Source: a virus
Direction: 5' to 3' (one strand)
Length of the DNA stretch: 59,200 nucleotides
Virus record (IMG/VR): IMGVR_UViG_3300025018_002313
Of the stretch, positions 9,185-17,827 are shown piece after piece. Numbering within the stretch: position 1 is the stretch's first letter; every line of letters starts with the position of its first letter. The notes beneath the pieces are model-generated. The model saw only the letters and a list, made by a program, of their open reading frames with translations, searched no databases and had not been told where the DNA came from. The position numbers and the translations under genes are program-made.

Positions 9185-9568
9185 TTACCGATTCATAAAT
9201 ACTATCTTATCCTGCGGTGACATGTTCTCCAGAAATAAATTGAAATAAGCCCAGAATTCATCCGGGGGTCTTGTCGGCATTATGGTTATAACATCAACAC
9301 TTTCACAAGGAATCATACGCCAGTCTTGCCAGAATATATCCCATGCGCAAACCAGATTCTTTTGAATCCATGGATATGGTGGCGGCATTACTGGCGGCTT
9401 GAAGTGAAGTGCTATTTGACCAGGAGCACTATTAAGCATAGTAAAATCATTCGAACAAAACATTCTTCTAGTAGGGCTCCATCCAAATTTTGTGCGCCTT
9501 CGAACGAATTTTAGTTCAACTACGCTTTGACGTAAAGCCTCTAATAGACTGCCTTGAGACATTCTCAT
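9185..9568 (-). CDS. Hypothetical protein
   Basis: 127 aa ORF, Trp/Pro-rich. Confidence 0.3.
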   Translation of the reverse strand: MRMSQGSLLEALRQSVVELKFVRRRTKFGWSPTRRMFCSNDFTMLNSAPGQIALHFKPPVMPPPYPWIQKNLVCAWDIFWQDWRMIPCESVDVITIMPTRPPDEFWAYFNLFLENMSPQDKIVFMNR

Positions 9569-10116
9569 TAGAACACCTCACTACCTACTTCAAATTCCTT
9601 ATTCATATCCCCACGGTCCTTAGCTACCTTCATTCGGAGCTCCCATGGTGCTTCCAGTCGATTAGCTTGTATTGCTTTCTTGCCAGATTTATAGAATAGT
9701 TTTGTCTGCCCGGCACTCTTGTTAAGAGTCTCTATTCGCGCATACATTATATCCTCCCCTTCATAGTTCTTTCCAGGGATATAGAAACTGTACCCAATGT
9801 CCGGTATATTAAGTTTTACATATTTCCGCCTTGCTTCGCTCCATTTTGTCTTTGATCCTCTATCAACAGTTGCAACATACATAATACCATCAAAAGTGAA
9901 CCCATGGTCCTCTTGTAGTTTTTTAATATTTTTTGCTGTTATAGGTGATAGTTTTGATATATCAAATGGAACTTTATAGAGTTTAAATTTATCTGGTTCA
10001 AACATAGTACCTTGTGGTATCGTATGATTTCCAAACTTAAAGGGTGGTATCCGTTCCGCATCGGATAGATCTAATGATACCGCTTCATATATAAATTGTT
10101 CGAATGTACGTTTCAT
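9568..10116 (-). CDS. Hypothetical protein
   Basis: 182 aa ORF. A TATAAATA-like motif (tatttata on the plus strand at 10122..10129) lies 5 nt upstream of its ATG. Confidence 0.35.
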   Translation of the reverse strand: MKRTFEQFIYEAVSLDLSDAERIPPFKFGNHTIPQGTMFEPDKFKLYKVPFDISKLSPITAKNIKKLQEDHGFTFDGIMYVATVDRGSKTKWSEARRKYVKLNIPDIGYSFYIPGKNYEGEDIMYARIETLNKSAGQTKLFYKSGKKAIQANRLEAPWELRMKVAKDRGDMNKEFEVGSEVF

Positions 10117-10121
10117 ATAGA

Positions 10122-10129
10122 TATTTATA
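10122..10129 (-). promoter_or_regulatory. TATAAATA late-promoter-like motif immediately downstream of a terminator, 5 nt from the ATG at 10116
   Basis: tatttata on the plus strand. The 5-nt spacing matches that seen at the endonuclease gene and suggests leaderless late mRNAs. Confidence 0.3.
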
Positions 10130-10130
10130 C

Positions 10131-10160
10131 AAAAAAAGGCGCCATTTAGGCGCCTTTTTG
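10131..10160 (-). terminator. Rho-independent terminator, bidirectional (A-tract, GC stem, T-tract)
   Basis: aaaaaaaGGCGCCatttaGGCGCCttttt: a perfect 6-bp GC stem and 5-nt loop, flanked by an A-run and a T-run. Lies between the stop of the 10208..10480 gene and the next promoter. Confidence 0.6.
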
Positions 10161-10207
10161 AATAATTGAGTTTAAAGCTCTATTCGATCCAGCAAACTAG
10201 ATAACTG

Positions 10208-10480
10208 CTATTTAACCATATGTAGTCTGTTCGTATTATTTCGTATTTCAGAGGCAAGAGGAACGATTTCATCCTCTATTTGTCCTTCCAATCCGCAGGC
10301 CTTCTCAGGGCACATTCGCACTATCGGTTGTAGTTTATCATGGGCTATCTCCATGAGTGACTCAAACTCTCTTACAATCTCGTTCAGATATATTAGCTGC
10401 TTCATTGTTTGGCCTTGACCTAGGTCTGCTCGTGCATCAACGCAATTTGCATCCTTGTTAATATTATTTTCCCTGTACAT
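10208..10480 (-). CDS. Hypothetical protein
   Basis: 90 aa ORF. Confidence 0.3.
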   Translation of the reverse strand: MYRENNINKDANCVDARADLGQGQTMKQLIYLNEIVREFESLMEIAHDKLQPIVRMCPEKACGLEGQIEDEIVPLASEIRNNTNRLHMVK

Positions 10481-10481
10481 A

Positions 10482-10883
10482 TTACTCCTTTGGTTCTACT
10501 ACTGCAAATACTCTCGGTTCATTGAGAAATATTATCTTTTTGTTATCTTTAGTTACACCGGGTATTCCTTTATCACTAGGAATCATAATGCAATCTCCAA
10601 CTTTAATATTCCCAGATACCCCCGGACCTGCTTTTATTACCTTTGCGACACGCCATAGATACTGTACCATATTCTTTTGTATCCATACTCCTCCACGCAG
10701 GACCTCCCCTTGATCGCTTTCATCTACGTATTCACACATCAGAATATCCCCTAACACGGAAACAATGTTCCAATCAGAAGGAATAGTATCTCTATTGCAT
10801 GTCTCCAGATCCAATGGTGCTATACCATGAACCTCTTCCGGTAAATGTGCTTGCGCGGCTCTCGTTAAATTTTCAGTTTTCAT
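10482..10883 (-). CDS. Possible GroES / T4 gp31-like co-chaperonin (Cpn10 fold)
   Basis: 133 aa. The C-terminal half, GEVLRGG...KVGDCIMIPSDKG...KKIIFLNEPRVFAVVE, follows the GroES pattern (KVGD.V.F......E.....E.DILA.VE). The match is weak. Confidence 0.3.
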   Translation of the reverse strand: MKTENLTRAAQAHLPEEVHGIAPLDLETCNRDTIPSDWNIVSVLGDILMCEYVDESDQGEVLRGGVWIQKNMVQYLWRVAKVIKAGPGVSGNIKVGDCIMIPSDKGIPGVTKDNKKIIFLNEPRVFAVVEPKE

Positions 10884-11057
10884 CAGTGTTTATTTCTCTT
10901 TCAATTATATCAAGCAGTTTAGTTCCAACTTCTATCTTTTCCTCATCCGTTAACTTATTAAACCATTCAACTGGATGCTCATATCAGCCTAATTTTTCCA
11001 GGCTATGAAGAAAGACAATTATCGTTGCGTTAACTATTTCATCAAGAGTAGTAGTCT

Positions 11058-11465
11058 TCACGATATATTCAACCTCTTCTTCACATCTTTTAAATTAATG
11101 CCACCCCGTTCAATATATAATTTAATCTCTCTCCTCGAAAGCTCAAGGCTATCAGCAAGATGTGCAACTAAATCAGCATCTGGTGGCTTAGATCCACTTT
11201 TCTTGGTTTTTTTAAAATACCTAATTCTTTTATTGTTATCTCTAGGTATAACCGCAGTGAACAACTTATACCACATTTGTTTATCATCCATCGCGCGCCA
11301 AAGTATATTGCTCGATGCATTTAAAATCTTCGCGAACTGCGGTGAATACATTGATAGCCATCTCTGAGTCATGTAAGGAACGAACTCGCTCTCATCCTCA
11401 ACATTACTTGAGAGCTTATTCTGTTTCTTTGAAATGATATCCGCAAGTTGTTCGAATATGTTCAT
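11058..11465 (-). CDS. Hypothetical protein
   Basis: 135 aa ORF with a basic C-terminal half. Confidence 0.35.
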   Translation of the reverse strand: MNIFEQLADIISKKQNKLSSNVEDESEFVPYMTQRWLSMYSPQFAKILNASSNILWRAMDDKQMWYKLFTAVIPRDNNKRIRYFKKTKKSGSKPPDADLVAHLADSLELSRREIKLYIERGGINLKDVKKRLNIS

Positions 11466-11468
11466 ATA

Positions 11469-11651
11469 TTACATCGTCTTGCTGGCCATCCAATTACGAA
11501 TCATATTATCATCGAATGTAGCCGGAAATGCACAATACTTGTGTGTATTAGCAGGCATTTTTTTGATGTTAACTTTATCTGTATCATTCAAAATAATCAT
11601 AATCGGCTGTGATTCGCTTGAATATATCGTGTTCCCTATTTTTACTCTCAT
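11469..11651 (-). CDS. Hypothetical small protein
   Basis: 60 aa ORF. Confidence 0.25.
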   Translation of the reverse strand: MRVKIGNTIYSSESQPIMIILNDTDKVNIKKMPANTHKYCAFPATFDDNMIRNWMASKTM

Positions 11652-11792
11652 TGTTTTCCTTTTTTTCTTTTAGGTATATTTTCTTGTGGCTCTAGAATAA
11701 TTACCTTCTTTAACTGTTCTCTACTCATCGACGGAGCATTTAAAACTGCTTCCCGTTTCTTTAAAATATCTAGTTTATCCTGACTGGCCATA

Positions 11793-12401
11793 TTAGATTA
11801 CTACCTTGCTTGTCGCAACAAACACATCTTGTGATGTTGCATAAAACGCTTGACATACCTTCTCCATAAATGCAGTACACGCCTGATCTTCCATATTCGT
11901 TGAATATGCAAATGCAGGTGCTTTCTTACCGGCAACGACATTAATACCGGTATGTCCAAGTATTGATCCGTTTTTCTCACCTACAATGCTTACACTAGCT
12001 TTACCTCGCTGCTGTATAACTCCACCTTGCTGAAATTCCTTGTTTACAAAGATATCATCACCTTCTATGTCTATTGGTGCTTGTATAAGGCTTCCTAATA
12101 AATCACCCATTATTGAGCATAGTAGTCTCTGAAAACATACACCGCCGTATAGATTTGTGAGAGGTAATTCGTAGCAGAAATTAATCATATCATCCGAATA
12201 GATATAATCCTTACTAATTAGATCTTCCAGATCAATCATAAATTCGGTTTCTACTATTGTAGGAGAGCGGAATGCGATAATGTTGCCAATCGGTAATACT
12301 TTATCTCTAAACACTTTATACGCAAACCGATTATGAATCATTGAACCGTCATAGTAATCAACACCAAATACTTCTTTTAACTTCTCTCTTGTTAATATCA
12401 T
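11793..12401 (-). CDS. Hypothetical protein
   Basis: 202 aa. Checked for FolE and QueD motifs; none found. Confidence 0.35.
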   Translation of the reverse strand: MILTREKLKEVFGVDYYDGSMIHNRFAYKVFRDKVLPIGNIIAFRSPTIVETEFMIDLEDLISKDYIYSDDMINFCYELPLTNLYGGVCFQRLLCSIMGDLLGSLIQAPIDIEGDDIFVNKEFQQGGVIQQRGKASVSIVGEKNGSILGHTGINVVAGKKAPAFAYSTNMEDQACTAFMEKVCQAFYATSQDVFVATSKVVI

Positions 12402-12411
12402 TTGTTTCCTT

Positions 12412-12939
12412 TTATAATTTGTTTATAATGTCTGATCGTGCTTGTGAAATGGCTTTACCTAGAAGGTTTCGACCCCATCTATCTCTCTCGAGAATATTGG
12501 GATTATACTCACTCATTCCAATCCCCCAAATATTATCAGTTGGGGACGCTTCGACAAGCTCATATGGATCTGTCATTAGTAATAGTTCTCCCCATGTCGA
12601 GTTTTGAGAAAACTTATCAAAATTAATCTTAGTTACTGCGCCTAAAGCAACAGCTTCCCATTGTTGTACATCGAAGTTTTTAATCATTCTTCCTATAGCC
12701 TTTTGATTCCGTGGATGGTCTGTGTTCTTGATATGCTCGTAAGCTTCGTGATCATTGAATACTTTTGCTTTAAAGAGCATCATTGCTTGTTCGGCACAAT
12801 TAACATCTTCGCCTACTAGATGAGAATGAAATCTACAATCTGCCCACTGTGAAAATATACCACCGTAGAAAAAGATAATCTTTTTATTAGGATATACTGT
12901 TGCACCTAATAGCTCACTATAATACTCCTTATCATCCAT
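12412..12939 (-). CDS. NADAR / YbiA-like (DUF1768) N-glycosidase family protein
   Basis: 175 aa. FFYGGIFSQWA...CAEQAMMLFKAKVF...NIWGIGM parallels E. coli YbiA FYS..FSNFA...SEHYFQAQKF...WGDG. Confidence 0.6.
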   Translation of the reverse strand: MDDKEYYSELLGATVYPNKKIIFFYGGIFSQWADCRFHSHLVGEDVNCAEQAMMLFKAKVFNDHEAYEHIKNTDHPRNQKAIGRMIKNFDVQQWEAVALGAVTKINFDKFSQNSTWGELLLMTDPYELVEASPTDNIWGIGMSEYNPNILERDRWGRNLLGKAISQARSDIINKL

Positions 12940-13132
12940 TATTCTCTTCCTCTCTCAATGCAACAATTTTCTCTTTTAGTTTCTGATTCTTCTTGATCAT
13001 AATTAGCGAAGATGTAACCAGATTCGAACCTGATGCCTTTCCATTCTCATAGACTATTCTGCCACTAAAATATACATCTTCTCGGAACCAACTTCACCTA
13101 GGATTCATCAGCTCCTTCTTCTAATACCTTAC

Positions 13133-13873
13133 TTACTTGTTCTCATATGCAAGAGGATCCACCGCACCATTTACCTTAAATGCAGTCAAACGCTCCATAC
13201 ACGCCGGGCATTTGCCGCAACTCGGCTCCACACCGTTGTAGCAAGTATATGAATCTTCGTAAACACTTATATCATGCTTTTCAAGAATACGCTTTACAGT
13301 TTCTTCTTTCTTTTCATTGATAAGAGGAGTTTCGATTCGAAGATCAACCTCACCCAAACAAACTAAAAACGCGTCATTTTCTGTTTTTGAAACGTTTGGC
13401 ATATATTCACTGCCTTTTACTGGATTAGTACGACCGGCTTGAATAGCTGCTTCTAATAGTTTGAAGAAAGGTGCTCTACAATCACGATATGCTTCAAAGT
13501 CTTCCTTACACGCGCCATGTACAATTACATCACAATCATTCTCTTGTGCAAATGCTGCTGCAAACAAACAGAAAATAGCATTACGCTGCGGCACAACTGT
13601 ACTTCTCTGATCTGCCATATCAGTAGTCACATCAATATTTGTATCAATAAGACTACAACCGCCAATCTGACTAATAGGTACATCAAGAACTACTCTCTTA
13701 ATTCCTCTCTTATCACAAAACTTAAAAGCTGCGGCGTTTTCTTTATCAAAATGGCGTTGACCATAATGAAACCCAATACTTATAATATTTTCTGGTCCAT
13801 ACTTTTCTATATAATCCAACATAATTGCTGTTGAATCCATACCACCGCTATGCATTATTAGTTTCTTACTCAT
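13133..13873 (-). CDS. queC: 7-cyano-7-deazaguanine (preQ0) synthase QueC
   Basis: 246 aa. PP-loop MHSGGMDST at the N terminus and C-terminal zinc-site cysteines (CYNG...CGKCPAC). Length and layout are typical of QueC. Confidence 0.85.
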   Translation of the reverse strand: MSKKLIMHSGGMDSTAIMLDYIEKYGPENIISIGFHYGQRHFDKENAAAFKFCDKRGIKRVVLDVPISQIGGCSLIDTNIDVTTDMADQRSTVVPQRNAIFCLFAAAFAQENDCDVIVHGACKEDFEAYRDCRAPFFKLLEAAIQAGRTNPVKGSEYMPNVSKTENDAFLVCLGEVDLRIETPLINEKKEETVKRILEKHDISVYEDSYTCYNGVEPSCGKCPACMERLTAFKVNGAVDPLAYENK

Positions 13874-13946
13874 TTTATCTCCTTTTTATGTGATAGAAGT
13901 ATATCGGAGAACTCGTTTTTGAGTATATCGGTTGACTTCTTGTTCA

Positions 13947-14183
13947 TTAACATTGTAAACAATATCCTGCTTCTTCTAGTGGTTTACGATGATATCGAAT
14001 AATATATTCGACTATAGATAGATTCATTCTTCCTTTAGTCTTTTTCATTACTTCGCCTGTTATGATACGAATGCATTCTGTTTCTATTCGAACAACGGGA
14101 TTATTTTTAATGTACTCTTTCATTTTATTATCTATAAAATGTGAAAGAGCTATTAAATCACCATCTATATTCTCTTCATTCAT
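13947..14183 (-). CDS. Hypothetical protein
   Basis: 78 aa ORF. Confidence 0.25.
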   Translation of the reverse strand: MNEENIDGDLIALSHFIDNKMKEYIKNNPVVRIETECIRIITGEVMKKTKGRMNLSIVEYIIRYHRKPLEEAGYCLQC

Positions 14184-14225
14184 GTCAATATATTAATATA
14201 GATCTCTTCAATTTCAAATATTTAT

Positions 14226-14522
14226 CTACTTAAAAAGCGTATACGTACTTCCATTGACTGTCTTGAATCTTATTTTCTCAACATCTTCAGATACAATCTC
14301 TGTTATCTCTGTTGTACACCACCAATCCCTGGATGAAAACATCCCACCTGTAACTGTACCAATATATAATCCGTATCCTAGAAGTGATTCAGACTTTCCA
14401 TCCCAACTATGCATTTTTTCATCAAGATGCGATGGTACTAAATTTAAGACAGATCCGTAATGTCCTTCACCATCTCTATCTCTAGCTAATCGTGCCATTG
14501 TTATCCTTGGTATACATTGCAT
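14226..14522 (-). CDS. Hypothetical protein
   Basis: 98 aa ORF. Confidence 0.25.
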   Translation of the reverse strand: MQCIPRITMARLARDRDGEGHYGSVLNLVPSHLDEKMHSWDGKSESLLGYGLYIGTVTGGMFSSRDWWCTTEITEIVSEDVEKIRFKTVNGSTYTLFK

Positions 14523-14763
14523 CTACATCGGATACAAACTCCAGCATATATTGCCTTAATTCTTCTGTATCCCCTTCTTTGTCTATCTTAGATACCTCCT
14601 GCAGGCACTTATCTATATCATCTCGAATTTCTTTAGCTGTAAATGTTTTTACAGCGCATATACAGAATTTAGCAGTGTCGATATTTTCTGTATCCTCGTC
14701 TTGGGCTTCCCAGAAGGTATACCAATTTCCACTACCTCTACTACCCCATCTGCTATAACTCAT
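14482..14763 (-). CDS. Hypothetical protein
   Basis: 93 aa ORF. Confidence 0.25.
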   Translation of the reverse strand: MSYSRWGSRGSGNWYTFWEAQDEDTENIDTAKFCICAVKTFTAKEIRDDIDKCLQEVSKIDKEGDTEELRQYMLEFVSDVDAMYTKDNNGTIS

Positions 14764-14918
14764 TTATCTCCATTCAATTTTAACATATCCAACACCTTTT
14801 AATTTTAACTTAATGGCTGATATTATAGCCTTCCAGGCAGATTCACCTGCATATATTTGTCTATAACCAAAATCAATATCACTTGTATAGTACCACTCTA
14901 AAACTTCCCATGTATTAC

Positions 14919-15266
14919 TCATTTACTCTCTACCAATTTATTTCGATACTTTATTTGCCCGCTTCTATCAATTCTCTTTTCGAGCTCATCTGTTAGTGCA
15001 CCCATATTAAACACAGCGTCTCTCGACAATGTAATTGCATGAAGCCATACTTCTTTACCTGACGGACTTAACCGCTTAAAAATGTATACGTAGGTGTCTC
15101 CGCGTTTAGCACAAAATATTCGTACATTAGGACCTTTACATGCTATTCGCTCCGATCTAGTTGTACAATCCAATACATAATCAACCATTTGCTTTACACC
15201 TTCTGCAGATACCCCGGGATGTACTTTTATTCTTTTATTCATAATCTTCTCCTCATGCTTCATCAT
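14919..15266 (-). CDS. Hypothetical protein
   Basis: 115 aa ORF. Confidence 0.3.
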   Translation of the reverse strand: MMKHEEKIMNKRIKVHPGVSAEGVKQMVDYVLDCTTRSERIACKGPNVRIFCAKRGDTYVYIFKRLSPSGKEVWLHAITLSRDAVFNMGALTDELEKRIDRSGQIKYRNKLVESK

Positions 15267-15323
15267 TTACGTAATAATATAATACATCACACGTATACGC
15301 AAGAGTAATATAAGATAAGCTAA

Positions 15324-15593
15324 TTATATTAGTTTAGTTTGATATTTATAGTATAACTTTTGAATAATTATGATCACATATTCTATAATACCTACACCGA
15401 TAATCACTACGGAGAACCAAAACTTAGCTAATATAAATGCAATAAAATATAAAACCAATCCAATAACATAAATACTTAAAAATGCCCATGAAATTTGATC
15501 GGCAGACTGTTGTCTGTATATTTTTAGTATTTGTATAAATACGGCTCCATTAAGAAGGCACGATGAGAGTGTAATTAGGAGATCAGATTCCAT
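15324..15593 (-). CDS. Small integral membrane protein with about three TM helices
   Basis: 89 aa, strongly hydrophobic (VIGLVLYFIAFILAKFWFSVVIIGVGIIEYVIIII). Confidence 0.4.
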   Translation of the reverse strand: MESDLLITLSSCLLNGAVFIQILKIYRQQSADQISWAFLSIYVIGLVLYFIAFILAKFWFSVVIIGVGIIEYVIIIIQKLYYKYQTKLI

Positions 15594-15671
15594 AACATTA
15601 TGATAATATAAGCGATAAATAAATCAAATTTTACGTGAAGTATAATAAATATTTGTACATAGGAGAATACC

Positions 15672-16124
15672 ATGGATTATAAAAGAGTTTTTACACGTAT
15701 ACTAACAGAGTCTCCGTACCCGGTCTCAACGATGGATCAAGGTATGGGAGATGGTCAACCACCAATGCCGAGCGACGAAGAGGCTTGGAATCAAAACAAC
15801 AAGAATATTGTTGATAACGAAGAATTGAGCAATCAGTTTAGTGTCGAGGGTCTTCCTGTAAATGTTACCGAAAAGTATGTTTCCAAAATTGCTGATTGGC
15901 GTCAGAATATAGAGCAAGTAGCAGATAAGATGGAAGAGATCTATACCTTTGCAACTGAAAGCGCAGATAAACCTGGCGCGGGTGAGATTTTTTCGTCTAT
16001 CGGAGGGTTGGTAGAAGGTATTATGACAGATTTTGGTACATTGAATGGTCAGCTAAGATCTCTCGGTAATAAGATTAAAGTTTCGATGAAGCGCGCTCAG
16101 GAGAAAGAGCAAGGAAGAAGATAA
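15672..16124 (+). CDS. Hypothetical protein
   Basis: 150 aa ORF. First gene of a short rightward unit upstream of the primase. Confidence 0.35.
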   Translation: MDYKRVFTRILTESPYPVSTMDQGMGDGQPPMPSDEEAWNQNNKNIVDNEELSNQFSVEGLPVNVTEKYVSKIADWRQNIEQVADKMEEIYTFATESADKPGAGEIFSSIGGLVEGIMTDFGTLNGQLRSLGNKIKVSMKRAQEKEQGRR

Positions 16125-16181
16125 CGATTCAATTTCTATATATAATTTGATTTCCTAGAGAGGCTTCATATAATATAATAT

Positions 16182-17186
16182 ATGGAGCTTCCTCTTAATT
16201 ATATAATTGAAAAGATTTATACACACGGTGTCGGTCCTAAGTATAAAAAATACAGCAACACCTACAACTTCGGTTGTCCTATATGCAGAGAAGGTAATTC
16301 CCTACACCGAAAGCGTAGGGGGTTCTTTCTTGTAAACGATGGATACATTTGCTGTCATAACTGTCAGCGTACGTGGTCACCAGCTGAGTGGATCAAAGAA
16401 GCGGCCGGATTAACGTACAGCGAAATTCTACATGAAGCTGAAGAATACGACGACTGTATAGACGAAGTTATTCAGAGACACGGATGGAAAGAAGAGAAGC
16501 GAAGCAATCCTTATACTCTACCATATGATTGTATAAACTTAACAGATTCGATACAAGTTGAGTATTATAAAGACAATCCATATGTGGTATCTGCTTTGAA
16601 CTATATACACCAACGAAGACTGGATGTTGCAATAAATAGACCGAAAGCTTATTACGTCAGCTTGAACGACAAGCTACACCGCAATCGACTAGTTATTCCT
16701 TTCTATGATGAGAAAGGTCAAATCGTTTTCTATCAGTCAAGAGCACTGAGTAGTCAAGATGAAAAGTTTGCTAGATATCTATCTAAAGTAGATGCACCTT
16801 TTTCGGTATTTGGTATTGAACGAATAAGAGTTAATTATGACTACATATTCTTGTTCGAAGGTCCTATCGATTCAATGTTTGTTATTAATGGTATAGGAAT
16901 GGGTGGTCTATCATTGAATGATACACAAGAAAAGCAACTCGAAAAGTACCACTTCCATAAGAAGATATGGGTATTAGATAATCAGTTAGATAATGCAGAT
17001 GTTGCAAAGAAGTATAGACAGCTTATTGAACATGGAGAATCAGTATTTGTATATCCTGAAAAGTTCAAAGAATTTAAGGATATAAATGATATTTGTACGG
17101 CATATAGACTAGATCAAATCTCACCGAAATTCTTTATTGATAACTCATTTACTGGTATGCAAGCACTCCTGCAGCTCGGTATATAA
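16182..17186 (+). CDS. gp61: DNA primase (zinc-ribbon plus TOPRIM), T4 gp61 / DnaG-like
   Basis: 334 aa. N-terminal CPICREG...CCHNC zinc ribbon. A TOPRIM-like acidic motif cluster (FLFEGPIDSMF, VLDNQLDNAD). Confidence 0.7.
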   Translation: MELPLNYIIEKIYTHGVGPKYKKYSNTYNFGCPICREGNSLHRKRRGFFLVNDGYICCHNCQRTWSPAEWIKEAAGLTYSEILHEAEEYDDCIDEVIQRHGWKEEKRSNPYTLPYDCINLTDSIQVEYYKDNPYVVSALNYIHQRRLDVAINRPKAYYVSLNDKLHRNRLVIPFYDEKGQIVFYQSRALSSQDEKFARYLSKVDAPFSVFGIERIRVNYDYIFLFEGPIDSMFVINGIGMGGLSLNDTQEKQLEKYHFHKKIWVLDNQLDNADVAKKYRQLIEHGESVFVYPEKFKEFKDINDICTAYRLDQISPKFFIDNSFTGMQALLQLGI

Positions 17187-17189
17187 AAA

Positions 17190-17522
17190 TTACTTCTTTT
17201 TTGGTGGCTGACGCTCGGTATTTTTATTACCTTTACCTTTGCCGGATCCGTCTAGTTTTCTCTTACCGCCACAAGATCCTCGTCTTTCATGTAATATACT
17301 CTTCTCTATTTCAGTACTTACTGCTTCGAGTAAGGTATCAAACATAACTAACGAAACCGATTCATTTTTAGTTTTTTTGTCTTTGGTAGACTTACTTTTT
17401 GTCCAGCCGCCACCTTTTTTGCGCTTTATACCTGTTGAGTCAGAACAAATAGCGTAGGCTGCGGATTCATCCTTGCCTTGTTTTTTCACTTTCTTTACAC
17501 AACTGTCTAGTTTTTTCGGCAT
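17190..17522 (-). CDS. Lys-rich, highly basic small protein (possible DNA-binding or internal protein)
   Basis: 110 aa with runs of K and G at both termini. Confidence 0.35.
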   Translation of the reverse strand: MPKKLDSCVKKVKKQGKDESAAYAICSDSTGIKRKKGGGWTKSKSTKDKKTKNESVSLVMFDTLLEAVSTEIEKSILHERRGSCGGKRKLDGSGKGKGNKNTERQPPKKK

Positions 17523-17525
17523 ATA

Positions 17526-17819
17526 TTACCTCTCTTTACTTGCATCTTTAGATCTTTTCGGCATTTGTGTTGCTTGTTTATTCTTTTTATGAGGTCTACC
17601 ACACTTCTCGGTGATTTCAAATTTAAGCGCTTTCAGAAACTTCTCCTCGAAATTACGAATAGGTTCTTGCTTATCTTCGTCAATAACCATAAATCTATCA
17701 ATTTCGTTTTGTAGTGCTTGTTGAAATTCTTCACTAAGCTGAATTTGCTTAGGGTATCGAGACACGTATGTTGTCTTCATTGTAAGTATAGTTTCACATA
17801 ATTTTTCATAGTTTGCCAT
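17526..17819 (-). CDS. Hypothetical protein with a basic C terminus
   Basis: 97 aa ORF. Confidence 0.3.
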   Translation of the reverse strand: MANYEKLCETILTMKTTYVSRYPKQIQLSEEFQQALQNEIDRFMVIDEDKQEPIRNFEEKFLKALKFEITEKCGRPHKKNKQATQMPKRSKDASKER

Positions 17820-17827
17820 AAAATCTC

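Noticed and set aside
11005-11367. 120-aa plus-strand ORF overlapping the 11058..11465 gene
   Set aside because: The minus-strand ORF is longer, fits the leftward operon with coupled boundaries, and has protein-like composition. The plus-strand ORF is Leu/Ser-rich antisense noise.
11793-12401. Whether the 202-aa protein beside NADAR and queC is FolE or QueD
   Set aside because: It has no GTP cyclohydrolase I motifs and no CxxxHGH QueD zinc motif. Left as hypothetical.
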